From Candidatus Cloacimonadota bacterium (GTDB lineage Bacteria; Cloacimonadota; Cloacimonadia; JGIOTU-2), in the NCBI GenBank assembly GCA_049903315.1, contig JBNGBT010000001.1, positions 128,001-192,000 of the forward strand: a stretch of DNA of 64,000 bases, given 5' to 3'. Position 1 is the first letter of the stretch; each line of letters opens with the position of its first letter. A program made the translations under genes and the position numbers. Below, piece after piece: positions 52,540-61,855 of the stretch. The notes below the pieces were generated by a model. The model searched no databases. It was not told the DNA's origin and saw only the letters and a program-made list of their open reading frames with translations.

Positions 52540-55500
52540 CTAACGTAACAATATCATTTTTTTAGTTATTTCTTTATTATCGGTTGTTAATCTATAGAAA
52601 TAGATTCCATTGGCAACCGGCTTTTCAGTCATATCCTTGCCATCCCACTGAAGCTCATGAAGAGGGCCGGTGGATAGATCAGGAATGAAGGATTGTACGA
52701 GTTGTCCTTTGATGTTATAGATCTTCAGTTCGGCTTTTGCGGCATTAACAGGCAGCATGAATGATATCGTGGTTGAGTTGAGAACAGGATTTGGGAAGTT
52801 CTGCTGGAGTTTTGTCGTCACAATTTGAGGAATTGGATCATTATCAAAATAGATTTCCTGCCAGCTTGAATTAGGATCTCCATAGAGCACATCATCGATG
52901 TACCAGCCATAATAATCATGAACTGAATAGTCTGTGCCAAAATGCCAACGGAGGATAGCATTATCACCCGTATAACCGCTGATATCAAATTCAACCTGCT
53001 CCCATTCATCGATCTGACTGCCAAAACCTTGTTCGCCATCAAGTCCGCTGATAGATCCAGTATATCCTCCTACTGGTGTTATGACGTCAAAGCTAACTCC
53101 TCCATTTGTCGAGATGGACACATTTCCACCATCATAGTATGTGGAGGTTCCTTCAAAATCATAGAAATGCCAGAAAGTTAACATACCTGAACCGTTTATC
53201 GAAAATGTTGGAGAATCAAGAGTCCAGTCTACATTATCGACACCATAGTACCCATCGATCACTGTAGCCCAGCAATGTGTGCCGGAATGTGCGTATATCT
53301 CACCACCTGAAGGTATGCCCCATTGCCAGCCGTTTGGATTATTACTCACAAAATTTCCATCATTTTGCTCGAAGTCAGCAAAAATCGCTGCATACCCAAG
53401 ATGATAATTTATTCCCATATCACCTTCAACCGTTAGGGTTCCCGAATATGGGACATGCTGAGGTGAAGAAACATAAACATTGTAAGTAAAGTTTGGAAGT
53501 ATTACTTCGTAGGTTCCATCGCTCAAATCAACTGTTGCATATTCTTCACCATTGTCGCTGCGGTAATAGCTAAGAGTGCCAGTACTGAGAATAATGAAGT
53601 CACTGACAAGTTGACCAGAAATCATACTGCTTTCAACAGGGTCCATAACAATATTATGTGTGTTTGCACTATAGTTGAGGAAAAAGCCAAGTTCCTGATA
53701 TGGGTCAAAGCCCCATTTATCAATATATATATCATAGTGATCAACTGGATATTCAGAAGTTATTTCATAATAGCCTGATCCATCAGTAATATCGCTGAAA
53801 AGAGGTGGCTCAGTAGGATCTCCACCCTGCTCATAGAATCGGACTTCAGCATTCGCAATGGCAACAGCATTATCAGAATCTGTTACAATACCCGAAACAG
53901 TACCGAATACTTCGATAGTTGTATAGGTTTCCTGATACATATTGTATCCCGATTTCATAATACCGGCTTTGATGTCTGTAATGCATGTAGGCGTATATGT
54001 TATTTGATCTGAGGAAGAATAGATGGATGTATCAATTTCAACAACGTAAAGTCCATATGTGCAATCTGTCTCATCCTGTGAGAAGAGTACAGTGCCGGGA
54101 AGATTCAATCCGAAAGTGTCTTCAAGACCAAAAGTTGTTGTAACCCATATTGAAGGGTTGGTAAAGTCCATTCCGCCAGTAACCCCCAAAGGTTCTTCAA
54201 GAAGGTTATATCCATCTCCGGTTCTCCACCCTATCACATTAAGGATCATGTCACCACCGTATTCACCACCAAAATTTAATGTACAGCTTCCAGAGGTATT
54301 GGTCATGCCCGAAGTTGTTCCATACACACCAGGTCCGGTAATGAGAATGTTCACATTAGGAATAGGTGTCGTGCCATCATCTTCAAACACATCAATTGTA
54401 ACATCTGTCAATGTATTGATCGGAACAGAAGTTGGGGTAATATTCACTACTGCAGGTGTAGCGACAACAACAGTTGTGCGCACGGGTTGATATTGAGGTT
54501 TAGTGACGACAATATTAGCTGTACCTGCTGTAGTAAAAGGATCGATAGTTACTTCTGCAGTCCCGAAATCATTTGCCAGTGCTGCGCCGTGAAGCACACC
54601 GTTCATAGAGATTGCAACATAAGAGCCAGGATCTGCTTGCACGGTAAAGCTTGTCGAGCCAATAGGTAAGAGTCCGGGGAATGAAACACTGTTTGTGCTT
54701 CCCTGAGTAAGATATGTTACGACAGAGGGATCTCCGAGAATGTTATATGCCTGCCAATAATAGGTAGGATTAGAATGTTGCGGATATCCTTGTATGTCGA
54801 CTTCTGTAACTGCAAGATTGCCACAAAAGAGTATTGCATCATTACATACATAATCAGAAACGAATGGTGCATCATAAGCGCCCCATGAGGTTTCTGCATA
54901 GGTGGGCACATAACCGCCGCCAGGATTGCCGAAAGCTCCTACTGCCCAATAAAAATCCTCATACCAATAAGAGGAAGGGGCAGAAGCAATATAACCGATC
55001 GAGCCCGTTGGTTCACCGGTAGCAGTATCTGTAGCACGGGCAAAAGTTTCGCCGAAACATTCAGAGTACCCGAAATCACCCGACAGACAGCAGTTTCCGA
55101 TTGTAAGAGGAAGCTTGCCTACATTAGTAAGCGCATTCACCATTGATTGACTAAAATTGGGATTACTCCAGCTTGTCTGGCTGCCATGAGCAGTGTAGTT
55201 GATGAAAGAAATTCCATCATTTACGGTATCATAGCATCCTGTATAGGAAGTAAGATAAGCATGAACATCATTGAATCCATGCAAAGCATTGAAATAATTT
55301 TCAGTTCCGTAATGAACTGTTGGCTGACCGACACTTGGGTTCCAAGAACCATCAGCACCTGCGATCAATGTTACGTCATCAAGGAAAGCGGGAACAGGAA
55401 ATTGATATTGTTCATATTCAATGGTTCTGTCAACCTGAGTTTCAAGCTGAGCAACAGTAGTAGCGGAAAATCTTCCGTAATACATTTCCGGGAACATGTC

Positions 55501-56520
55501 GCCGTCAACGCTACAATAATAGAGGTCAGTAACTTTATTTGTGGATGTTCCGATCTCTGAAGGAATCTGTCCGGTATCACCAACAAAGAGCACGAAACTC
55601 GGAGCTGGATCGGAGGGGGTTCCTGCATTGTATTGATTATGAATCCAGGTTTTGATTTGAGCTACCGAGCCGCCGATAATGTCTGTATATCCAACAATAA
55701 CATTAAATCCTTTTTGGGCTTTCCAATCAATGAAATCCTCAAGAGTTGTTTCAAACATTCTATCAGCAACAATAAGATACTTTACAGGGTAGGTTACAAG
55801 ATCCGGATGAGCTGGATAGCCGTGATCTCTACCATTAAATAGTCTGTCATTGATAACATTGAAATAAGGTGAAGCAGTTGCTGCTTTTGTGTATTCTGTT
55901 TGTGCGATATCAGGATTATGAAAGTGTACATTTACCTGAATGTCGTTATAGACCTTAATCTTTTCCTGAACAGGATTGTATTTAACAGGAGCAATGACAA
56001 TACGAGCTATGCGATATCCACGAAGTGTTCCGACAACTTCTACGGTTGCAAGTTCGACATCTTTAAAGGAATCTGTAGAATAAATATCTTCATTAAATTC
56101 AAAAGGAACGGTAGAGGGATCAGTATTCTTGGAATAGGAGGGTTGAACTGGAGCAATAGAATGAATAATTCCATATTCACTCAGATCGTATTCCTGCATT
56201 GTGTAATCAAGCACTTCTATGGAAACTTCTGCTCCAAAAGGAATATCAATCAATTTTTTGATTGCGGGAAGTTTGGGTGATCCAATTTCTCCTATGAAAT
56301 AACCATCTCGGATTGCAAGTTCTGTGAACTCTCCACCTTTACTGGTGATATCCATAGTAGATATTTCTGAAAATTCAAAGGTAACATCTAGGTCATTATA
56401 AGAATTTTCAGTGATTTCAAATTTAGTTTCTGCTTTGTCCAATGCAATGGGTGAATTGCTTGCGAAAGCGAGCGAAGCCACAAAGGTGAACAGCAGAACA
56501 AATAACAGTGTTTTCTTCAT
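52540..56520 (-). CDS. Lys-gingipain (Kgp)-like C25 cysteine peptidase with propeptide, stalk and C-terminal sorting domain
   Basis: WKAQKGF, KVTDLYY.SVDGD.FPEMY, LIAGAD.SWN..VGQPT, YTGCY, NYTAHGS, IGNCC and SYWYEDFYWAVGA, recognisably like Kgp motifs. Confidence 0.92.
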   Translation of the reverse strand: MKKTLLFVLLFTFVASLAFASNSPIALDKAETKFEITENSYNDLDVTFEFSEISTMDITSKGGEFTELAIRDGYFIGEIGSPKLPAIKKLIDIPFGAEVSIEVLDYTMQEYDLSEYGIIHSIAPVQPSYSKNTDPSTVPFEFNEDIYSTDSFKDVELATVEVVGTLRGYRIARIVIAPVKYNPVQEKIKVYNDIQVNVHFHNPDIAQTEYTKAATASPYFNVINDRLFNGRDHGYPAHPDLVTYPVKYLIVADRMFETTLEDFIDWKAQKGFNVIVGYTDIIGGSVAQIKTWIHNQYNAGTPSDPAPSFVLFVGDTGQIPSEIGTSTNKVTDLYYCSVDGDMFPEMYYGRFSATTVAQLETQVDRTIEYEQYQFPVPAFLDDVTLIAGADGSWNPSVGQPTVHYGTENYFNALHGFNDVHAYLTSYTGCYDTVNDGISFINYTAHGSQTSWSNPNFSQSMVNALTNVGKLPLTIGNCCLSGDFGYSECFGETFARATDTATGEPTGSIGYIASAPSSYWYEDFYWAVGAFGNPGGGYVPTYAETSWGAYDAPFVSDYVCNDAILFCGNLAVTEVDIQGYPQHSNPTYYWQAYNILGDPSVVTYLTQGSTNSVSFPGLLPIGSTSFTVQADPGSYVAISMNGVLHGAALANDFGTAEVTIDPFTTAGTANIVVTKPQYQPVRTTVVVATPAVVNITPTSVPINTLTDVTIDVFEDDGTTPIPNVNILITGPGVYGTTSGMTNTSGSCTLNFGGEYGGDMILNVIGWRTGDGYNLLEEPLGVTGGMDFTNPSIWVTTTFGLEDTFGLNLPGTVLFSQDETDCTYGLYVVEIDTSIYSSSDQITYTPTCITDIKAGIMKSGYNMYQETYTTIEVFGTVSGIVTDSDNAVAIANAEVRFYEQGGDPTEPPLFSDITDGSGYYEITSEYPVDHYDIYIDKWGFDPYQELGFFLNYSANTHNIVMDPVESSMISGQLVSDFIILSTGTLSYYRSDNGEEYATVDLSDGTYEVILPNFTYNVYVSSPQHVPYSGTLTVEGDMGINYHLGYAAIFADFEQNDGNFVSNNPNGWQWGIPSGGEIYAHSGTHCWATVIDGYYGVDNVDWTLDSPTFSINGSGMLTFWHFYDFEGTSTYYDGGNVSISTNGGVSFDVITPVGGYTGSISGLDGEQGFGSQIDEWEQVEFDISGYTGDNAILRWHFGTDYSVHDYYGWYIDDVLYGDPNSSWQEIYFDNDPIPQIVTTKLQQNFPNPVLNSTTISFMLPVNAAKAELKIYNIKGQLVQSFIPDLSTGPLHELQWDGKDMTEKPVANGIYFYRLTTDNKEITKKMILLR

Positions 56521-56725
56521 CGAAAACCTCCATATTTTTATCTTTAATATTTTAAAATAAGTTTATTCAAAAAAATTTGATTAAAATCTCGCTCTTCGAA
56601 GAAGATTGTCAAGTGAAATTAGTTTTTTAATGAATTTTTTTATAAATATTAATATTAAATAAGTAAAACAAAAATTATTGACATTATTATAGATAATAAA
56701 ATTAAATTGTGTGGAGGTAAGCAAA

Positions 56726-57064
56726 ATGGAAACAAAAGATATGATAAAAAAAGTCAAAGGTGAAGTCAGCAGTGTGCTTTCAACTGTGGCAAACAAAGCT
56801 GAGTTTATAGCCAAAATGTCTAAATTGAAGATTGAAATTACCCACAAAAATGCAAAGGTTAACAGCAATTTGAAGGATATTGGCGAGTATATTTATAGTA
56901 AGAAATCTGAATTTACAAATGATAAATATATTGCTGAAATTTTAAAAGAAGTAGAAGAAATTAAGCAATCAATTGAAGAGATAAAATCGAGAATTGAAGA
57001 TATCAAGATATTAGAAAAAGAGAAGCATAGTCAAAGCGAAAAGCGAAAGAATTCCCAAGAGTGA
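56726..57064 (+). CDS. Hypothetical coiled-coil protein
   Basis: GGAGG RBS, ATG 56726, K/E-rich heptads, co-oriented with ruvX-mltG. Confidence 0.72.
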   Translation: METKDMIKKVKGEVSSVLSTVANKAEFIAKMSKLKIEITHKNAKVNSNLKDIGEYIYSKKSEFTNDKYIAEILKEVEEIKQSIEEIKSRIEDIKILEKEKHSQSEKRKNSQE

Positions 57065-57090
57065 TAAAATAAAGGAAGAGCAGCAGAGAA

Positions 57091-57507
57091 TTGAAACGAT
57101 TAATGGCATTAGATTATGGAGAACGGCGTATCGGGATCGCTCTTTCTGATCCCGACCAACTTATTACTTTTCCTTATCAGACAATTGATACAAAAAAAAC
57201 TCCGGACGTAGTGAAAGAGATAGTCGGAATAATCAAGGAACAGGATGTCGGGGCACTTATTATCGGCAATCCATTGAACAGTCTTGGGGCTGATTCTAAA
57301 AAATCAAAAGATGTGAAAACATTTATTACAATGCTTTCACACCATATTTCAATCCCGATCACATTGTGGGATGAATCCTATACAACGAGAGCAGCGATTA
57401 CTCTTATGAACCGGGCGAACAAGAAACTAAAAAAAAACCGGGATAAAGTTGATCAACTTGCTGCTTCCTTGCTTCTGCAAGATTATCTTGAGCATCATAG
57501 CGAATAG
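57091..57507 (+). CDS. ruvX: Holliday junction resolvase-like RuvX/YqgF (pre-16S rRNA nuclease)
   Basis: ALDYGERRIGIALSD, IGNP, WDESYTT and DQLAASLLLQDYL. Confidence 0.95.
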   Translation: MKRLMALDYGERRIGIALSDPDQLITFPYQTIDTKKTPDVVKEIVGIIKEQDVGALIIGNPLNSLGADSKKSKDVKTFITMLSHHISIPITLWDESYTTRAAITLMNRANKKLKKNRDKVDQLAASLLLQDYLEHHSE

Positions 57508-57516
57508 CATAACTTT

Positions 57517-58488
57517 ATGAAAAAAGCTTTTTTGGTAGTATTAATATTTGTTTTTCTTTATTTTGTGTATTTTACCATTATGAGCTTGTATGTAAAATAT
57601 CCGATACTTAATAAAACAATAGATATCCAAAAGGGTTCATCAGTATTTCAAGTCGCAAAGAAACTTGAAGAAAAAGAAATAATTTCATCTGCAACACTCT
57701 TTCTCGTAGCAAACAAATTATTGCCGGGCGACAAGCAGATTCGGTATGGCAAATTCAATTTTACCGGGAAATATTCTTTTGTTGAAGTGCTTCATAAACT
57801 CACAAGCGGCGAGGTTGTGACCAATCGTATTACTATACCAGAAGGATACACCGTCCGTCGTGTTGCAAGTTTGCTCGCACGTCAGGAATTGGCAGATTAT
57901 AGTATTTTTATGTCACTTTGCTCGGATTCCTCGTACATTAACAGTCTGGGATTGCCGATACAGAATCTTGAGGGATTTCTCTTTCCTGAAACATATTACA
58001 TTCCATATTTTGCTGATGAAGAATATATCATTAAAATGATGGTCGATGATTTCTTTTTGCAATTTGAAAATGTTCATCCGAACCCACTTTCTTTTGACTC
58101 GTTATATGATGTGGTAATCATGGCCTCGATTGTTGAGAGGGAAGCAATTTATGATGACGAAAGACCGCTTATTGCTGGAGTGTATAATAAAAGGTTGAAA
58201 GAGCGGATGCTCTTACAGGCAGATCCTACAGTTGCCTATGCTTTGGAATTGAATCGGATTTCCCGCAAGAAAATATATTATGACGATCTTAAGATAGAAT
58301 CAGATTATAATACATATTTGTATAGAGGACTTCCACCGACACCGATCTGCAATCCCGGTATTCAGTCAATTCTTGCTGCTCTTCACCCACAAGATACAGA
58401 ATATTTATTCTTTTTTGCAGGGAAAAATAAAAGGCATATATTTTCCAAAACATATAGGGAACATTTGCAGAAGTTGAATAGGATTTAA
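57517..58488 (+). CDS. mltG: Endolytic transglycosylase MltG
   Basis: ITIPEG, LEGFLFPETY, MASIVERE, LQADPT, YNTY..GLPPTPICNPG. Confidence 0.96.
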   Translation: MKKAFLVVLIFVFLYFVYFTIMSLYVKYPILNKTIDIQKGSSVFQVAKKLEEKEIISSATLFLVANKLLPGDKQIRYGKFNFTGKYSFVEVLHKLTSGEVVTNRITIPEGYTVRRVASLLARQELADYSIFMSLCSDSSYINSLGLPIQNLEGFLFPETYYIPYFADEEYIIKMMVDDFFLQFENVHPNPLSFDSLYDVVIMASIVEREAIYDDERPLIAGVYNKRLKERMLLQADPTVAYALELNRISRKKIYYDDLKIESDYNTYLYRGLPPTPICNPGIQSILAALHPQDTEYLFFFAGKNKRHIFSKTYREHLQKLNRI

Positions 58489-58535
58489 TCTTCTGAATGT
58501 TGGATTTTTAATATGAGGTGATTTTTTCTCGTTAT

Positions 58536-58562
58536 CTCGTTCCTAAGTTGCACTTGGGAACG
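58536..58562. repeat. REP-like palindrome (CTCGTTCCTAAGTTGCACTTGGGAACG)
   Basis: Differs from 3006-3031 by one base; lies between convergent genes. Confidence 0.8.
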
Positions 58563-58663
58563 GCACTTATTATTTAAGAATTACCAATTCCAGCTTGGCA
58601 TTCAGAGGATTTGAGTTCAATCAAAAATCTTAAATCGGTGTTCGATATTCTTAGATCAAATAA

Positions 58664-60406
58664 TTACCGGACCTTCATCATTTTTTGAGTAAAGGTTTTG
58701 CCATTAAGATTTATCCTATAGAAATATACACCAGCGGGAACACTTTTTCCGGAATGGTCTGAACCATCCCATTGTATTGAGACAATCTCATTTGCTGATT
58801 GTGCGGATAGTATTTTCACAAGCTGTCCTCTCACATTATAAATTCCAATTTTGATGTCGTCGGATGTGTGATTTTTGAGTGTAAAAGCAATAGTCGTGTT
58901 TCCGCTAAATGGATTGGGATAATTTGTGGCTTCTGTGATCATATTGTGCTGTGGTTCATCTATAGAAACAGAGTTCATCACATAGAAGGAATATGCCATT
59001 GGCGCACCGATGTAAGGATTGTTCTCACTTCTACCGGAGTTGTCTGCTGCGTGAATATAGTAATTTATAATTGTTCCGTTTGACTGTGCAGGAATGCTTG
59101 CCGAGAAGAAGTTTCCAAAAATTTGATGTAAAGGAAGAGTATTGAACTGAATATCGGTTGAGCGTTTCCAATACACAAGGAGAGAGTCTGAAATCAATGA
59201 TTCTCCGCTATACGCAAAAATGCTGGTCGTGATGGTAATATCATCAGACGTACTGATAGTATCTGCAAGAGGGGTATGGTAGATATAGAGCATTCCCTGA
59301 TCTGTAACGCCCATTGTGCGGCAGTGAAGTGCATCAGTCGATTGCCATGAGCCCGTAAAACCAAGTACTTCATAACCGGGCATAGCTGATTCGTAAGATG
59401 CGAGTGCGGGTGCATCATAAGCACTACCTGTGATCGGCACGAGTACTTTATTATTTAAAATGAGCGAGTTTGTGTATGGCTGATTATTTGGCGTATTCAC
59501 ACGCGGAACTTCGTAGTTTGTGCCATAACAACTCGGCTGAGATTCAAAATAATCAACCGCTGCTTCGATCTCATCATATTGGGAATGATATGTGGGAACT
59601 TCACGAATGAGTATTTGCGTTGGGCTGAGATATTTTCCCCAGCAATCAACATGTTTTATATATTCTCCATTTACATCAGGAACAACATGATACGTTTCTA
59701 TGCCGAGATAATCATTAACAAGCGTGTTGATTTCTGCGTGGGTCAAACCGGAATTTTCTTCCCATATCAGATCTGTAGAAACTGATATGCCGTGCCCATC
59801 TGTCATATAATTGCCACCTGTTGCAGTCAACCCCATATTATATACATTAATTCCGAAATATGTCGCGCAGAAAGTGGGTATAGCATTATCGTTTGGACGG
59901 GGTCGGTTATAGGTGAAATTTGTGATTCCGGCCTCATTGTTACCATTAAAAATAAACCAGGGACCATAATCGCGAATCCAGTATGAATCCGAACTTGTAA
60001 TAAGAAATTCGACATTGCTCATATTCACACCGGCATTATTGAACGTGTTATATGCAGTGGTTTGAGAGCTGGATGAAACTATGCAATAGACCATCACGTC
60101 TTCAGCCATTTCTGCAACAATTGCCGTCGAGATGCCAAGGGGATAGCGTATCAGAACTCCCTGCATAGGATCAAATTCTGAAGGTTGACGTACTGGTCCA
60201 GGGGGCTCGAGTGTAGGAAGGAAATCCTTCCCGATCTCGTCGAGGTGGAGTTTTTCATCTTCCGTCAGCCAGATTGGAAGTTCACCAGGATGCTCATCTT
60301 GCCATTGCTCAGCATGGGGGATTTCTGCATAGAGAATAATGGATTTTGCGAAAAGTGTCACATTAAGACAAAGTAAAGAAGTTATGATAAAGAATATCTT
60401 CTTCAT
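58664..60406 (-). CDS. Secreted PPAD-like peptidylarginine/agmatine deiminase with Ig domain and T9SS/FlgD-Ig C-terminal domain
   Basis: Signal peptide, SYWIRDYG, YNRPRPND, TGGNYMTDG, GEYIKHVDCWGKYL, QPYTNSLILN, TDALHCRT, and C-terminal NYPNPF...GVYFY. Confidence 0.9.
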   Translation of the reverse strand: MKKIFFIITSLLCLNVTLFAKSIILYAEIPHAEQWQDEHPGELPIWLTEDEKLHLDEIGKDFLPTLEPPGPVRQPSEFDPMQGVLIRYPLGISTAIVAEMAEDVMVYCIVSSSSQTTAYNTFNNAGVNMSNVEFLITSSDSYWIRDYGPWFIFNGNNEAGITNFTYNRPRPNDNAIPTFCATYFGINVYNMGLTATGGNYMTDGHGISVSTDLIWEENSGLTHAEINTLVNDYLGIETYHVVPDVNGEYIKHVDCWGKYLSPTQILIREVPTYHSQYDEIEAAVDYFESQPSCYGTNYEVPRVNTPNNQPYTNSLILNNKVLVPITGSAYDAPALASYESAMPGYEVLGFTGSWQSTDALHCRTMGVTDQGMLYIYHTPLADTISTSDDITITTSIFAYSGESLISDSLLVYWKRSTDIQFNTLPLHQIFGNFFSASIPAQSNGTIINYYIHAADNSGRSENNPYIGAPMAYSFYVMNSVSIDEPQHNMITEATNYPNPFSGNTTIAFTLKNHTSDDIKIGIYNVRGQLVKILSAQSANEIVSIQWDGSDHSGKSVPAGVYFYRINLNGKTFTQKMMKVR

Positions 60407-60593
60407 TAAAAAACCTCGAATAAATTTTTAATTTTGTTGGAAATTCCTGCAGGTGATTTTTTTGTCAATTCTCTTATTGAATAAAAAAACTTGCGTTGAA
60501 ATATTTACTTTTCAATATCTTGCATACTGAAAATATCCTTCAGCATGAGTTTGTTTGCATAACTGTGAGAAAAATAAATATTTGCAACCGAGT

Positions 60594-61028
60594 ATGTTTA
60601 AACGTTTTATAAAATTTACAATTAGAGGTTTGGTCGGAACAGTGGTTGACACCGCTGTTCTATGGCTGCTGACGACCTATGCTTTTCACACATACTTCTC
60701 AAAATACATACTCGCTCCTTCCATATCTTTCGAGATTGGCATACTTGTGGGATATGTGATCATCTATTTTTGGATATGGAATCATCGAGTACTCAACAAT
60801 TTTAAAGATTTTGTTCGACGAATTCCGAAGTATAATTTGGCAGTTTTATTCTCATTTGGCGTGAAACTCATTCTTCTAAATATCATTAAACAGATTTTTC
60901 ATTTCGATGTGGTGATATGTAACCTCATTGCACTTTTTTTCTCTGGATTTATAAATTTCTTTACCAACGAAAAGATCGTTTTCAAAGAGAAGAAAACAGT
61001 CGTCGAAGATCTATACGAAAATTTATAA
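60594..61028 (+). CDS. GtrA-family membrane protein
   Basis: FIKFTIRGLVGTVVD, four TM segments and NFFTNEKIVF. Start at ATG 60594. Confidence 0.88.
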   Translation: MFKRFIKFTIRGLVGTVVDTAVLWLLTTYAFHTYFSKYILAPSISFEIGILVGYVIIYFWIWNHRVLNNFKDFVRRIPKYNLAVLFSFGVKLILLNIIKQIFHFDVVICNLIALFFSGFINFFTNEKIVFKEKKTVVEDLYENL

Positions 61029-61110
61029 ACGAAACTTTTTTACAATCTTAGGATCATACATAATTTCTATAATTAACCTCTATATTGTGGTTTAGGATAC
61101 TGTTATAAAA

Positions 61111-61137
61111 TTAGCACTCGTGCCATAAGAGTGCTAA
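61111..61137 (+). promoter_or_regulatory. CIRCE element (HrcA operator)
   Basis: Perfect TTAGCACTC-N9-GAGTGCTAA upstream of hsp20. Confidence 0.96.
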
Positions 61138-61144
61138 ATATTAT

Positions 61145-61174
61145 TTGACATTCAATTTCATCGTATTATATTAT
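61145..61174 (+). promoter_or_regulatory. Sigma70-type promoter of hsp20
   Basis: TTGACA at 61145 with TATATT/TATTAT at 16-18 bp spacing. Confidence 0.7.
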
Positions 61175-61232
61175 TTTGTAAATCGTGAAAGATAATAGAC
61201 GTGAAACCAAAAATAATGAAAGGAGGTTTAAG

Positions 61233-61646
61233 ATGGCTATTATCAGATATCAACCCTTCAGGAACATGCTGGACAGTTTACTCAAGGATAACGAATTCAT
61301 GCCCGGCTTCCAGGATACCAATTTCAGAATGCCTGTTGATATTTATGAAAAAGATGGCAATGTCAGTATTGATTTTGAACTTCCCGGTCTTGATAAAAAG
61401 GATATAAATATCGAACTTGAGGGAAACAATCTTACTGTTTCTGGTAAAATGCAAAAGGATAATGAAGTGAAAGAAGAAAACTACTATCGCTGTGAGCGTT
61501 CATACGGTGAGTTTTCCCGATCTTTTACCATTCCTGACGGGATCAAGGAAAAAGATCTCAAAGCATCATATAAAGATGGTGTATTAAAGGTCACATTCCC
61601 CAAAACCAAAGAGATTGAAAAAAAGAAAAAGATTGAGGTCTCATAA
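61233..61646 (+). CDS. Hsp20/alpha-crystallin small heat-shock protein
   Basis: AGGAGG RBS before ATG 61233, PVDIYE, ELPGL, ERSYGEFSRSF, ASYKDGVL and IEV tail. Confidence 0.96.
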   Translation: MAIIRYQPFRNMLDSLLKDNEFMPGFQDTNFRMPVDIYEKDGNVSIDFELPGLDKKDINIELEGNNLTVSGKMQKDNEVKEENYYRCERSYGEFSRSFTIPDGIKEKDLKASYKDGVLKVTFPKTKEIEKKKKIEVS

Positions 61647-61660
61647 AGTCCTGGTACTCC

Positions 61661-61697
61661 AAAGCCTGTTCGTCATGTGCGGATGGGCTTTTTTTTT
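61661..61697 (+). terminator. Intrinsic terminator after hsp20
   Basis: AAAGCCTGTTCG...CGGATGGGCTTT stem (with G-U pairs) followed by a T-run. Confidence 0.75.
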
Positions 61698-61855
61698 ATC
61701 AGTAGAAAATTTGACATCACATCATAAAAAGAATAAGATTTAAAAAATTAAATAGGATAATAATATTGTGAACTACAAAAACGCGAAATACAAAACCCAA
61801 AATAGAATAATGTTAAACAATTGCATTTCGTGGCTTTTAAAATATAGGAGATGAA

